Part shown: positions 17,896 to 28,068 of the stretch, piece by piece
How the letters are laid out: every line of letters begins with the position of its first letter
Numbering within the stretch: the first letter of the stretch is position 1
Source of the DNA: a virus
Taxonomy: Duplodnaviria > Caudoviricetes
Length of the DNA stretch: 64,000 nt
Direction: 5' to 3' (one strand)
Virus record (IMG/VR): IMGVR_UViG_2879998633_000003
Location: 32,001 to 96,000 of that record
Made by a program: the position numbers and the translations under genes
The notes under the pieces: model-generated
What the model saw: only the letters and a program-made list of their open reading frames with translations
Told to the model about the DNA's origin: nothing
Database searches by the model: none

Positions 17896-20034
17896 ATGAA
17901 CAACTACCCGTATCTCATTAAAGCTAAGGCAAAAGCAAACGAAGCGAAAAGCCTCTTCTGCTGGTTCTCTGCTAAATCCGATTCTCGCGCCGAGCGCAAA
18001 ATCCTGGACATCCTGGAAGACGCTGAAATTAACGTTGGCCGTGGCGCCAGCCATCAGCTGCCGATCCGCACCAACTGGCTCATCGTTGATGACTTACCGG
18101 AAGAAGGTGTACTGGATGACACCTGGTGCGATCGCTACGAGCTTGGTGGTGAAGACGGGCTGACATGGCAAAAAATCGTTGCGCCGGCGGCTGCTGAACC
18201 ACAGCCCTCTAGTAAACCAGAAAACGATATCTCTCCTGCAAATAGTGATGAAGAAGACTATTCGAACAATGAAGAAGCACTCTTCAACCTGGCGGAAATG
18301 TCATTCCGCACGCAGCTGCTTGCCCAGTATATGGCCGACGAACGTCACGTGTATCACATTAGCATTCCTCATCGTAACCGCCTTTCAGCGATGGAAATGG
18401 ATACGGATAATCACGGTGTGCAGAATCTGCTGCTGACGGCAGAAAATATTCCGGAGCTTAAAAAATATGATATGCCTGGCCTGTGGAAATTTACCAGCGC
18501 ATTTAAGAGCGTATTTCCTGTGGGGAAACGCCATGAGCTCGGCAAGCAAATTCAGTTCGCCAAATTGTGGCTTGAAACGTCGCACATTGACCGCGGGATC
18601 CTTACAAAGGAATGGACTGCTGGAAACTATATCACCTCAATAAACAAAACAGATACCGGCGCCAATGCTGGTGGCGGTAACAAAACTGACCGCAATCCGG
18701 ATTATCAGCATTCGCTGGATACTCTGGACATAGAGATCGCCCTTGCGACGATGCCTATGGATTTTGATATCTATAATTTTCCGGCATCAGTCCACCGCCG
18801 CGCGAAGGAAATAGTACAGAAGAAAGAAAGTCCATTTAAAGAATGGTCTGCAGCATTACGGAGCACACCAGGCATCCTTGATTATTCCCGTGCAGCGATT
18901 TTTGCACTGATCAGGGAAGCATCCAGTGGAATAACTCCTTTTCCAGATCGGTTGCGTGGCTACATCAACGCGAATCTGACTGAACATAAGCATGATACCC
19001 CAAGCGCTGAAACGCTTGCCAAGGCGGGGCATATTCCATCTGCTGCAGTCACTCTGGATGCAATAAACCAAGCAATCGCCGGAGAGGATAGCAGCGCAAA
19101 GCTGGAAACACTCTCCTCCGACTTTAAAGCAGTTGGTACCGAACTGGTAAAAGAGGCTCAAAAGCAACGTCCAGACGCTAATCAGGTTCTGGCCTCCGAG
19201 CGCGGCGAATATGTTGAAGGGATTAGCGACCCTACGGATCCGAAGTGGGTAACCGAAGACCTTACCAAGACCAGGCAGCCTGAAGTTTCAAAAATTGGGG
19301 ACGGAGTATTTTCCATTGACGGTCTTGTTGACGTTACGGGCAAGGTTAACCAAAAAGAAAAAACAGATGAAGTTGTTCATCAAACAGATGCTGTAGATAT
19401 TGAATCCGGTCCTCATAATAAGGAGGAAGATCAGCCAATTGATTATGTTCACGTTATGGTTGATCTGGAAACCATGGGTAAAAAACATAACGCCCCTATC
19501 GTCGCTATTGGTGCGGTTGTTTTTGACCCGGCAACCGGCTCTATTGGAGAAAGTTTCTATAAAGTCGTATGCCTTGAATCCTCTGTGAACTGGGGCGCCG
19601 TAATCGATCCATCTACTGTTATCTGGTGGCTTAAGCAGTCCTCCGAAGCACGCTCTGCAATCGTAAATGATGATGCTATCCCGTTGCTGGATGCATTACT
19701 CCAGTTCAGAGAATTTGTTTCTGATAATGTCGCTGGTGGGAGCAAAAAGGCGCAGGTATGGGGTAACGGTGCGTCATTCGACAACTCTATTCTGCGTTCT
19801 TCTTACGATTGCATTGCTGAAGATTATCCGTGGGAATACTGGAACGATCGGGACGTACGAACAATGGTAGAGATCGGCCAGGCCATTAGCTTCGACCCCA
19901 AAACAACGATCCCGTTTGAAGGGTCTCGTCACAATGCCCTCGCTGATGCTATTCATCAGGCCCGCTATATATCAGCGATCTGGCAGCGAATAATTGCCGG
20001 CAATCAGGTGCTGCAAAAATTGATGCAAAACTGA
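17896..20034 (+). CDS. RecE(ExoVIII)-like N-terminus fused to a DEDDh 3'-5' exonuclease
   Basis: RecE-type N-region (LPEEGVLDDTWCDRYEL); C-terminal VMVDLETMG, GNGASFD, HNALADA. Confidence 0.8.
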   Translation: MNNYPYLIKAKAKANEAKSLFCWFSAKSDSRAERKILDILEDAEINVGRGASHQLPIRTNWLIVDDLPEEGVLDDTWCDRYELGGEDGLTWQKIVAPAAAEPQPSSKPENDISPANSDEEDYSNNEEALFNLAEMSFRTQLLAQYMADERHVYHISIPHRNRLSAMEMDTDNHGVQNLLLTAENIPELKKYDMPGLWKFTSAFKSVFPVGKRHELGKQIQFAKLWLETSHIDRGILTKEWTAGNYITSINKTDTGANAGGGNKTDRNPDYQHSLDTLDIEIALATMPMDFDIYNFPASVHRRAKEIVQKKESPFKEWSAALRSTPGILDYSRAAIFALIREASSGITPFPDRLRGYINANLTEHKHDTPSAETLAKAGHIPSAAVTLDAINQAIAGEDSSAKLETLSSDFKAVGTELVKEAQKQRPDANQVLASERGEYVEGISDPTDPKWVTEDLTKTRQPEVSKIGDGVFSIDGLVDVTGKVNQKEKTDEVVHQTDAVDIESGPHNKEEDQPIDYVHVMVDLETMGKKHNAPIVAIGAVVFDPATGSIGESFYKVVCLESSVNWGAVIDPSTVIWWLKQSSEARSAIVNDDAIPLLDALLQFREFVSDNVAGGSKKAQVWGNGASFDNSILRSSYDCIAEDYPWEYWNDRDVRTMVEIGQAISFDPKTTIPFEGSRHNALADAIHQARYISAIWQRIIAGNQVLQKLMQN

Positions 20035-20086
20035 TTTTTTATTTTCAGATACTGGCCCAGCAATGGGCCATAATGAGGTAAAACAT

Positions 20087-20332
20087 ATGCTCCAGATGTT
20101 AACCCTTGAAGAGTGGGCAAACGAGAAATACAGAAGCAATCCTCCAAGTGTTTCCACTCTCAGGAATTATGCAAAACAGAATATGTTTTCTCCCCCAGCC
20201 AAAAAAGAAGGTCGATTCTGGCGCGTCAGGGAGGATGCTGAGTTGGTCGGTACATTGACCACTCCTGTAGTAAAGAAAAGCGACCCTGTTCTTTTGCAGA
20301 GGATTTTGAACGATGGCTGCCAGACCACGTAA
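20087..20332 (+). CDS. xis: Excisionase
   Basis: LTLEEWA...PPSVSTLR...PAKKEGRFWRV; overlaps int. Confidence 0.88.
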   Translation: MLQMLTLEEWANEKYRSNPPSVSTLRNYAKQNMFSPPAKKEGRFWRVREDAELVGTLTTPVVKKSDPVLLQRILNDGCQTT

Positions 20333-21440
20333 AAATAATATATCTATTCCAAATTTATACCCGCTCTTCAGTAGAAAGGTTAATAAAGTATACTGGCGTT
20401 ATAAGCACCCGATAACTGGTAAGTTTCATAGTCTAGGAACAGACGAAGCAGAGGCCACGGCAATAGCTATTGAAGCAAATAAAAGACTGGCGGAACAACA
20501 AACCCGCCAGATAATGGCAATCACTGACAGAATTTCCACCAGCTCAGGAAAATCAATATCAACTAACACTTGGCTTGAACGTTACTGGAAGATTCAGCAG
20601 GAAAGATTAAAGTCCGGAGATATTAAAGAAAATACTGTCAAACAAAAAGCAAAACCAGTATCTCTGCTTAAGGAACGGGTAGGAATGAAATTAATATCCG
20701 CTGTCAATGTTCGAGATGTTGCGCAAATTCTTGATGAATATTTAGCGGAGGGACAACCCAGAATGGCTCAAGTCATTCGCTCTGTCCTAATAGATGTTTT
20801 TAAAGAAGCTCAGCATGCGGGAGAAGTACCTCCTGGTTATAACCCTGCACTAGCAACTAAACAACCTCGTAGAAAGATCACTCGCCAGCGCCTCACTCTT
20901 GAGGAATGGCAAAAGATTTTTGATATAGCCGATGAAAATCACAAATACATGGGGAACGCCATGCTTTTAGCCATAGTAACAGGGCAGCGACTAGGTGATA
21001 TATCCCGTATGAAATTCTCGGACATCTGGGACGATCATCTACACGTTGAGCAAGAGAAAACCGGAAGCAAAATCGCTATACCATTAGCTCTGCGTTGCAA
21101 CGCAATCAACTGGAGCCTCCGAGATGTAATCAGTCGTTGCCGGGATTATGCAGTAAGCCCTTATTTGGTTCATTTCTTTAGAACCACCTCACAGGCTGAG
21201 CGAGGAGCACAGGTGAAACCCAGAACACTGACCATGAATTTCAGCAAGGCAAGAGACAGTGCAGATATTGACTGGGGACAAGGTACACCGGCAACTTTCC
21301 ATGAACAAAGATCGCTTTCCGAGCGGTTATATAAAGCCCAAGGTATAAACACGAAAGATTTACTTGGACATAAAACTCAACAACAAACGGATAGGTACCA
21401 TGATGATCGTGGGAAGGGGTGGACAACGGTGGCCTTATGA
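20313..21440 (+). CDS. int: Tyrosine integrase (phage 21/lambda family)
   Basis: TGQRLGD, FHEQRSL, LLGH, RY catalytic motifs. Confidence 0.96.
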   Translation: MAARPRKNNISIPNLYPLFSRKVNKVYWRYKHPITGKFHSLGTDEAEATAIAIEANKRLAEQQTRQIMAITDRISTSSGKSISTNTWLERYWKIQQERLKSGDIKENTVKQKAKPVSLLKERVGMKLISAVNVRDVAQILDEYLAEGQPRMAQVIRSVLIDVFKEAQHAGEVPPGYNPALATKQPRRKITRQRLTLEEWQKIFDIADENHKYMGNAMLLAIVTGQRLGDISRMKFSDIWDDHLHVEQEKTGSKIAIPLALRCNAINWSLRDVISRCRDYAVSPYLVHFFRTTSQAERGAQVKPRTLTMNFSKARDSADIDWGQGTPATFHEQRSLSERLYKAQGINTKDLLGHKTQQQTDRYHDDRGKGWTTVAL

Positions 21441-21456
21441 GGTTTTTCGGGAGGGG

Positions 21457-21489
21457 TTTTGATAACTTATTTTGATAAAATTTTGATAA
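21457..21489 (+). repeat. Three TTTTGATAA direct repeats, probable Int arm-type sites
   Basis: Copies at 21457, 21470 and 21481, between int and the icd fragment. Confidence 0.65.
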
Positions 21490-21557
21490 CCGTTCGAAAA
21501 CTAATAATAAAAACGGGAACCACCAGGTTCCCGTTCTGACATAATCTGGGGGCCAGA

Positions 21558-21721
21558 TTACATGTTCGCGATAATCGCGTCGCCAAACTCTGAACATTTC
21601 AGCAGTTTAGCGCCTTCCATCAGACGTTCAAAGTCATAGGTCACGGTCTTGGCGGCGATAGCGCCTTCCATGCCTTTGACGATCAGGTCTGCGGCTTCGA
21701 ACCACTGCATGTGGCGCAGCA
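21558..21721 (-). pseudogene. icd: Displaced 3' fragment of isocitrate dehydrogenase; att junction between the two prophages
   Basis: Translates [53 protein letters not shown]; homology ends at TGCTGCGCCA. Confidence 0.93.
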
Positions 21722-21901
21722 ATACATATTTGAAAATTGGCTAACATGCTGAATTTAAATGCAAATAGAAGCATCAAAGAATAAGTTGCATACAAAAAAT
21801 GCCATGTGGTAACTTATTGAAACTACTATAGTTGCTTTTCGTTTTGGGGAAGGAATATCCTGTTCTATCCCTCAATGAAAATACTTATTTAAGAGTTTTC
21901 T

Positions 21902-22486
21902 ATGGATTGGTTAACGTTTTTCAGTAAATTGATTGAACACTGCACGTGGCCGGGTATTCTCCTTTTCATTGCGATCAGATATCGAAAAACTATCGTTGCA
22001 CTAGCTAGCTCTTTGAGTTCTATTAAAGTTGGAGATTTTGTTGACGCCAACTTTAGTCGCGAGGCAGCAAAGATAGCTACCGTCAGTGAAGTTGAACTAC
22101 CTCCGTCGGGAGTTGATTTTGAACAGCAGGAGGTTGAAAATAAGTTGCTAGAACTCCCCCCAAGGTTAGCGATTTTAGACGCTTGGAAAATTGTTGAAAA
22201 TTCAATTGATGAGTTCATAGTTAACAAAAATGTTGGCAGTACCGCTATGTCAAGTGGATACCCCTCCAAGTTACCACCGATCAGAAAAATTTCAGAGCTA
22301 CGCCGAGCTGAATACATAACCGCTCATCAAGCTGAGATGTTAGATAGTTTAAGAAAGTTAAGGAATGAAGTTGTACATGGCCCATATGGTTTAGAACCAT
22401 CGCAAGTTGATGCAATTAACTATGTAAAATCCGCGCTTGCATTCTCTAACTTATTTAAAATGAACATTAATCTCGACAATAAGTAG
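21902..22486 (+). CDS. Membrane-anchored HEPN-like protein
   Basis: N-terminal hydrophobic helix; C-terminal LRKLRNEVVHG (RxxxxH). Confidence 0.65.
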   Translation: MDWLTFFSKLIEHCTWPGILLFIAIRYRKTIVALASSLSSIKVGDFVDANFSREAAKIATVSEVELPPSGVDFEQQEVENKLLELPPRLAILDAWKIVENSIDEFIVNKNVGSTAMSSGYPSKLPPIRKISELRRAEYITAHQAEMLDSLRKLRNEVVHGPYGLEPSQVDAINYVKSALAFSNLFKMNINLDNK

Positions 22487-22696
22487 AAACGCTGCCATGC
22501 GGGGCAAATCCTCTCGTGCCGTCCAAAAATCCCTGAGAAACCAGCCCTTTAAGACTGGTTTTTATTCTTTTTTTTTGTACGGGGAGAAATGGGGGAGAAT
22601 CCCCCATCAATCGCAACCTTTCCGAGCTCTTTTCCGCTCAAAGAAATGTTCACTTCTCTGTCTTCTATACTTCCCGTATGACTACTGGAGGTAACC

Positions 22697-23011
22697 ATGT
22701 GCGGACGCTTTGCTGAATCACAGTCACGCGAAGAATACCTGGCTTATCTTGCCGAAAAAACTGAGCGGGATATCGCCTATGATCCAGAACTAATCGGCCG
22801 GTACAACGTGGCGCCAGGGACTAAAGTTTTGCTCCTGAGCGAACGCGATGAACAGATGCACCTCGATCCGGTCCACTGGGGTTACGCGCCAGGGTGGTGG
22901 GATAAACCACCGCTGATTAATGCACGAGTTGAGGCCGCTGCGGCCGATCAGGGGGTTGTCGATATTCATGACCGCCGGCCGCTTGTCCTGGCGCCGCCCG
23001 GGAATAGATGA
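22697..23011 (+). pseudogene. SRAP (YedK-like) pseudogene with internal deletion
   Basis: MCGRF start; matches the 24406 copy but jumps from INARVE to AADQG. Confidence 0.85.
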
Positions 23012-23238
23012 TGCAGGATGTCACGGGGGCTGGCAGTTGATAATGAGCACCTGTAAATCCATAACGTCCGCAATGTGGCCGGAGCATACATCATATACAT
23101 CTTTCTGGTTTTACCGAGTTGCAGTGTAGTATCAATCTGCGTGAATAAGTTACCGTCAAAACTACAAAGTTCTGTTAATATACGAAAGAAGTAATAATAA
23201 ATGGTGAAGCCCCAACTTACAGAGAGGATCCTCGCACC

Positions 23239-24216
23239 ATGAAACTTTACATAACTGGAAACGGATTTGATTTACACCATGGCCTTGATACCAGCTATTG
23301 TTCTTTTGCCTATTTTTTGCGATCTCACCAGAGGGATTCGTACAACAACTTAATTGAGTTTGTCGGTTTCACAGAACTCCCTGAAAATATTGACGAACTG
23401 AATGAGGATGAACATCGTCTGTGGTGTGAATTTGAAAGTAATCTGGCAGGGTTAGATTCTCAGGCTGTACTGGATGCATTTACCGATTATCTCCCAAATC
23501 TGGGTGACCCAGATTTTCGTGATAGAGACTGGCATGCATTTGAAATTGAAATGCAGCGAATTCTTGAAAATTTAACTGATGGTATTTTCACCCAGTTTAT
23601 GTCGTTTATTTCTCAAGTTAAATATCCAGAGTTTACCGCCGATAAAATACTGCAACTATGCAACAATGCCCTATTTATAAACTTTAATTACACCAGAACT
23701 ATTGAATACTATTACGGAATAAAAAGAAACCAGATTCTTTACATCCACGGCAATGCATCCTTACCTGGGGATAGGCTTATACTGGGGCATGGGATTGATC
23801 CTGAAAATTTCAAAGAGCCTCCTCAAGAGCCGCCCACGGACGCAACGGATGAGGAGCTAGAACAGTGGTATCAACACATGTCTGATAATTACGATTTTGC
23901 ATATGAAATAGGAAAACAGACTCTGAATCGGTACTTTACCCACTCATTCAAAAATACAGAGGAAGTGATAGATGCAAACCAATCATTTTTCTCTCAACTC
24001 AACGCGGTAAACGAGGTGATCATAATTGGACACTCTTTATCAGCGGTCGACATGCCTTACTTCGCTGCCATTAAGCAACACGTCCAGCCTAATTCGACCT
24101 GGACAGCGACATGGTATCTTGAAAAAGAACGTGATCAACACCTACATGCATTGCAGAGCATAGGCATTGAATATCCCCTAATTGTGCCAGTATGTAGCCT
24201 GCTGGTAAGGTCGTGA
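23239..24216 (+). CDS. AbiH-family abortive infection protein
   Basis: LYITGNGFDLHHGLDTSY; INFNYT; YIHG; IIGHSLSAVDMPYF. Confidence 0.85.
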   Translation: MKLYITGNGFDLHHGLDTSYCSFAYFLRSHQRDSYNNLIEFVGFTELPENIDELNEDEHRLWCEFESNLAGLDSQAVLDAFTDYLPNLGDPDFRDRDWHAFEIEMQRILENLTDGIFTQFMSFISQVKYPEFTADKILQLCNNALFINFNYTRTIEYYYGIKRNQILYIHGNASLPGDRLILGHGIDPENFKEPPQEPPTDATDEELEQWYQHMSDNYDFAYEIGKQTLNRYFTHSFKNTEEVIDANQSFFSQLNAVNEVIIIGHSLSAVDMPYFAAIKQHVQPNSTWTATWYLEKERDQHLHALQSIGIEYPLIVPVCSLLVRS

Positions 24217-24405
24217 CTACAACGAAAGTAGTGCTCGGCTAAATAGGCATGTTAGTAAAAGGGGTAATGTTCGCTATTTTATCATATCGGACATTCGCCA
24301 TCAGTAGGCCAAGCGCGATTGATGACGAATGTCGCTATTCCTAATACAACCCCATCGTCCAGTGTCTCTCCTTCTATACTTTCATTCTGAAGACTGGAGG
24401 TAACC

Positions 24406-25082
24406 ATGTGTGGACGCTTTGCTCAATCACAAACCCGTGAAGAGTACCTGGCTTATTTGGCTGAAGAGGCCGAGCGGGATATCGCTTATGACCCCGAACC
24501 AATCGGCCGGTACAACGTGGCTCCGGGGACTAAAGTTTTGCTCCTGAGCGAACGCGACGAACAGTTGCACCTCGATCCGGTCCACTGGGGTTATGCGCCT
24601 GGGTGGTGGGATAAACCCCCATTGATTAATGCCCGGGTTGAGACTGCTGCCAGTAGCAGGATGTTTAAACCTCTGTGGCAACACGGTCGGGCGATCTGCT
24701 TTGCGGATGGCTGGTTTGAATGGAAAAAAGAAGGCGACAAGAAGCAGCCATACTTTATCCATCGTGCCGATGGCCAGCCGATATTCATGGCGGCAATCGG
24801 GAGTACACCATTTGAACGTGGAGACGAAGCCGAATGCTTTCTGATTGCCACCGCTGCGGCCGATCAGGGGTTGGTCGATATTCATGACCGCCGGCCGCTG
24901 GTTCTTCTGACGCCGGAAGCAGCTCGCGAATAGATGAGCCAGGCTCCAGGATGTCGCAGGCAGTTGAGATTGCCGGAGATGGTGCAGTGTCCACCGACCA
25001 TTTCACATGGCACCCCGTTTCCCGCGCGGTGGGTAATGTGAAAAATCAGGGGCCGAAATTGATTGAGGCTATCAAAGCATAG
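24406..25082 (+). pseudogene. SRAP (YedK-like) with premature TAG at 24931 and a downstream frameshift
   Basis: MCGRF...DGWFEW...IHDRRP; C-terminal WHPVSRAVGNVKNQGPKLIEA follows out of frame. Confidence 0.85.
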
Positions 25083-25293
25083 CTTATAAAACGTCCGAAA
25101 TATGCTGTGAGTTCAACATCTCTTGCACTACTCCATGGAAAACAGATCAAACTAAATAGCCATGCAGATATGCTGGAGTCATGAGGGACGTTTCTCAGGA
25201 TTTGGTCCGAAGCAGTTGCCAGGAACGCCCCACGCTGCAAAAGCGCGCTAAGGTCCTTTCAAGGGAGGCAGGAAAAAGATGTTATGGTAAATA

Positions 25294-25482
25294 TCAAACT
25301 TCAACAGCAATATTTAGGTCACTATCTGTAGTCACTCGATCAATGATCCTGTGAACAATTCTATAGTGTTTGCCATTGTAGCTTTTCATATCACCTGCGG
25401 CGTAATTACGCTGTTCGGTTGTTACTACCGAGGGAAGCTTATCGCCGTTCTTATCAAAGAATGCCCATTCATAAATATACAT
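25294..25482 (-). CDS. Small hypothetical protein (62 aa)
   Basis: AGGTGG RBS; AT-rich cargo between hairpin repeats. Confidence 0.5.
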   Translation of the reverse strand: MYIYEWAFFDKNGDKLPSVVTTEQRNYAAGDMKSYNGKHYRIVHRIIDRVTTDSDLNIAVEV

Positions 25483-26001
25483 AAAACCCCACCTAAGTCA
25501 TTGTTATTTATATACATCACACCATATTTTTGTTACATCTATTTTGATGCAAATTTATGAACGGTTCGCTGCTGGGTTGTTAAGTTTAATTTGGCAGAGT
25601 GTGCCTGCAGCTACTATTTTGACATCCGCTCTACGCTCATAGCGGACTTCGACCATTTACTATGGAGAACGTGGTCTTTAGTGAATGCTAACCTGTTGCA
25701 GTTAGGTTCATTGCGTCTGCCTTACGCCTTCACCTTTAACAACGGAGCCTGTTTTCAAGACATCATAACATGATGTGCACCAATTTCCGCATCTTTCGTG
25801 TGGTTTGTTGTATCTGTATAACCTGCGAAAACATAGATTCGAACAAGTTAAAGCCCCATCAGCCCTTCGCAGGGTTGCTTGTTTCAAGCATCCGAGGAAC
25901 TAATACGCTTTACCCTTCCACGCCCCCTCCCGCAAGGTGGATGTTTTCCGTTTCCTGATACAAACTCGTTATGCTTGAACTGCCAAACACTTTAAGCACT
26001 G

Positions 26002-26029
26002 TTGACATGTCAATACTAACGCGTATACT
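26002..26029 (+). promoter_or_regulatory. Sigma70 promoter with a palindrome over -35
   Basis: TTGACA-16 bp-TATACT; TTGACATGTCAA is a perfect 12-bp palindrome. Confidence 0.75.
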
Positions 26030-26035
26030 TTAGGC

Positions 26036-26250
26036 ACGCTCTTAATTTCAGAGCCATTCTGAGAAAAGCGTTGGGACTATTTACATCCAATCTTCTCAGG
26101 AGCTTAAGCAGCGCCAATGTGTCGTGGGGTGCCGGGTTCTGCCCATTGACCGACGTGGCTTATAGTTAGGAACTCGATGCTAATATTTTGTCGTATCTGG
26201 GGATATTTGTCACACTCCGTGACAGTATGTCCAGATTCATCGCATCGTTT
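26036..26250 (+). ncRNA. Putative structured ncRNA / leader with four consecutive stem-loops
   Basis: Stems 26038-26054, 26059-26099, 26113-26159 and 26175-26247, identified by eye. Confidence 0.55.
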
Positions 26251-26266
26251 ATATTAGAGGAAACCC

Positions 26267-27172
26267 ATGTCGGATCAATCGATTGTTGTATCAGAAATCC
26301 TACCTTCGCTTCTTACTGAACACTCTCCCGAGCTTGGTGCACGTCTAAAACAGCGTATTCAGTCTGAATTTGCTGCTCGCAGATTACCTGAGTTTGATCC
26401 TCAGAAGGAAGGTTGTCGGAAGTTTGCCGTCTATCTCGAAAGATTTCATGGCGATATAGCCCGGGTTGTTCGCGTACCTGACGAAAGCGATGTTCGTATC
26501 TACAAACAGATGCATTCACATTCTCTTAATACCCAACATACTCCACATCCAGTAAATCAGAATGTCATTGTCCGCAATAATGTATGGCAGGCATTCCTTA
26601 ATCCGGATTCTTCAAGAAAACGTTTTTTTAACAAAAAGACAAAAGAGATTATCCATTTTATTCCTTCTCTGGATACTGCCGAGGAAGCTGAGGTTTCTGG
26701 CAACCCGCAAGGATTCATTGAAATCATCCCTATTTCAGGAACAGAGCAGCTTAGCTGGATGCGAGCATTTTTAGCTGGTGCTCCTCTCGGTGATACTGAG
26801 AAAGAAGTTATTTCGTCACAAATTCAGGATAAGTATTCAAGTGCACTGAATGCTACTTTCACAAAATCACTTGGTATTCATGGTTCGCTGTGGCGCAATC
26901 ACCGCCTTCCCCGTGTTATGCAATACATGCGCTCATGGGCCCAAAGAAATGAGGTACCATTCAATGAGTTATGCATTTCTGGTGTAAGTCATTCACTACA
27001 GGAGAAAGACGTAGTGTCTTCCCTGCCTGTTAGTGAGCAATTTACGCCAACCGAAGCTCTACCGCCAAGACAACTAGCTCATAAGCTACTTGACCTCATG
27101 GCTGAAAATGATATTGCACAAATGGTTCTCCCTACAATGATGAATACTCTTCTATTTAAATCTCGTCAGTGA
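26267..27172 (+). CDS. LOTUS/OST-HTH-like N-domain + UPF0158-like domain protein
   Basis: LGARLKQR...FDPQKEGCRKFAVYLE (OST-HTH-like); FFNKKTKEII...IIPIS..EQLSWMRAF...W..HR...W...NEV (UPF0158-like); AGAGGA RBS. Confidence 0.6.
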   Translation: MSDQSIVVSEILPSLLTEHSPELGARLKQRIQSEFAARRLPEFDPQKEGCRKFAVYLERFHGDIARVVRVPDESDVRIYKQMHSHSLNTQHTPHPVNQNVIVRNNVWQAFLNPDSSRKRFFNKKTKEIIHFIPSLDTAEEAEVSGNPQGFIEIIPISGTEQLSWMRAFLAGAPLGDTEKEVISSQIQDKYSSALNATFTKSLGIHGSLWRNHRLPRVMQYMRSWAQRNEVPFNELCISGVSHSLQEKDVVSSLPVSEQFTPTEALPPRQLAHKLLDLMAENDIAQMVLPTMMNTLLFKSRQ

Positions 27173-27189
27173 CTAGATGAGATTTAAAT

Positions 27190-28068
27190 ATGAATACGAT
27201 ATTTGTTATCGGAATGTTTAAATCTCAGGCAAAACGTTTTTCTGCTGAATGTAGCCGGAGGGGGACTCGCTGTCGTCAGGTTTTAGCTGACGTTGGAAAA
27301 CAAGGGGATTTTGTGCTGGTTCCTACCCCCCATGATGCTGTGCGTTCTTTCCAGGACTGGCTGGATAGTGAAGATGATGAAGAGTACGACAATCTCCACA
27401 TTATCTTATTACCTTATTGTAAAATTACTCCCGAGATGGAGATTGAGCTTGAGATAGCAGTTGAGTTGGGTGCAAAACTCATCAAGCCAGAGGCCGGGGT
27501 TGACGGATGGCCTGCATCGCTATCTCGTAAGAACAAAGCAGACACAACCTTTTTAAACACGTTTTTCGGTAAAGTAACCGGCTTGCTGCCTTTAGTATCA
27601 GAGCCAGAAGTAAGTATTTCTGCCTATTACAAACAGCTATCTTTTGAAAATCCACGTTTAGTTTTCTCTCCCCACGTTTATGCCAATTGTGATGGAATAG
27701 CATCACACCGGAAAAGTTTTATGAAGTTTGCTGCTGACTGCTTAGTAGAGCTGTTGTCGCAGCCCCCAGGATGTAGAGTCGACGCCTACTTCCGCGGAAA
27801 GGGGATTGATCATGCGCAAACTGGTGGAATATCAACTCATCTAGAAGTTGTCAGCGAAGACTCAAATGTTACACGTGTAAAATATAGCGCTGAAACACAC
27901 CTTAAAAAAGGTGATAACACAACCAGCACTGCAGCTGTTCGTATCTATTATCATTTTATCCATCATGATGATGTTAGCTATGTAATTGTTATGTATGCTG
28001 GCCCTCATCCTGAGGATGAGGTTCATTGGCAACTACAACTTCCATCCAGATCAACAGAAATGGCGTAG
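27190..28068 (+). CDS. Hypothetical protein with a RelE-like C-terminal ribonuclease fold
   Basis: HLKKG...AVRIYYHF...VIVMYAGPHP terminal motif. Confidence 0.5.
   Translation: MNTIFVIGMFKSQAKRFSAECSRRGTRCRQVLADVGKQGDFVLVPTPHDAVRSFQDWLDSEDDEEYDNLHIILLPYCKITPEMEIELEIAVELGAKLIKPEAGVDGWPASLSRKNKADTTFLNTFFGKVTGLLPLVSEPEVSISAYYKQLSFENPRLVFSPHVYANCDGIASHRKSFMKFAADCLVELLSQPPGCRVDAYFRGKGIDHAQTGGISTHLEVVSEDSNVTRVKYSAETHLKKGDNTTSTAAVRIYYHFIHHDDVSYVIVMYAGPHPEDEVHWQLQLPSRSTEMA

Larger units (their letters stand above)
1..21721. mobile_element. Lambdoid prophage 1 (lysis, Q, replication, immunity, recombination, xis/int); continues left beyond the window
   Basis: Canonical lambdoid gene order ending in xis-int next to an icd 3' fragment. 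Confidence 0.95.

Noticed and set aside
21241-21597. 118-aa minus-strand ORF
   Set aside because: Antisense to int and out of frame with icd; shadow ORF
25648-25700. Upstream hairpin half-site for the LOTUS operon
   Set aside because: No convincing GTCCGCT-N10-AGCGGAC copy at the expected 18-bp spacing, so that cassette boundary is supported on one side only
26036-26250. Retron msr-msd or DRT ncRNA
   Set aside because: No reverse transcriptase ORF (no YADD-type RT) in the window and no clear terminal a1/a2 inverted repeats
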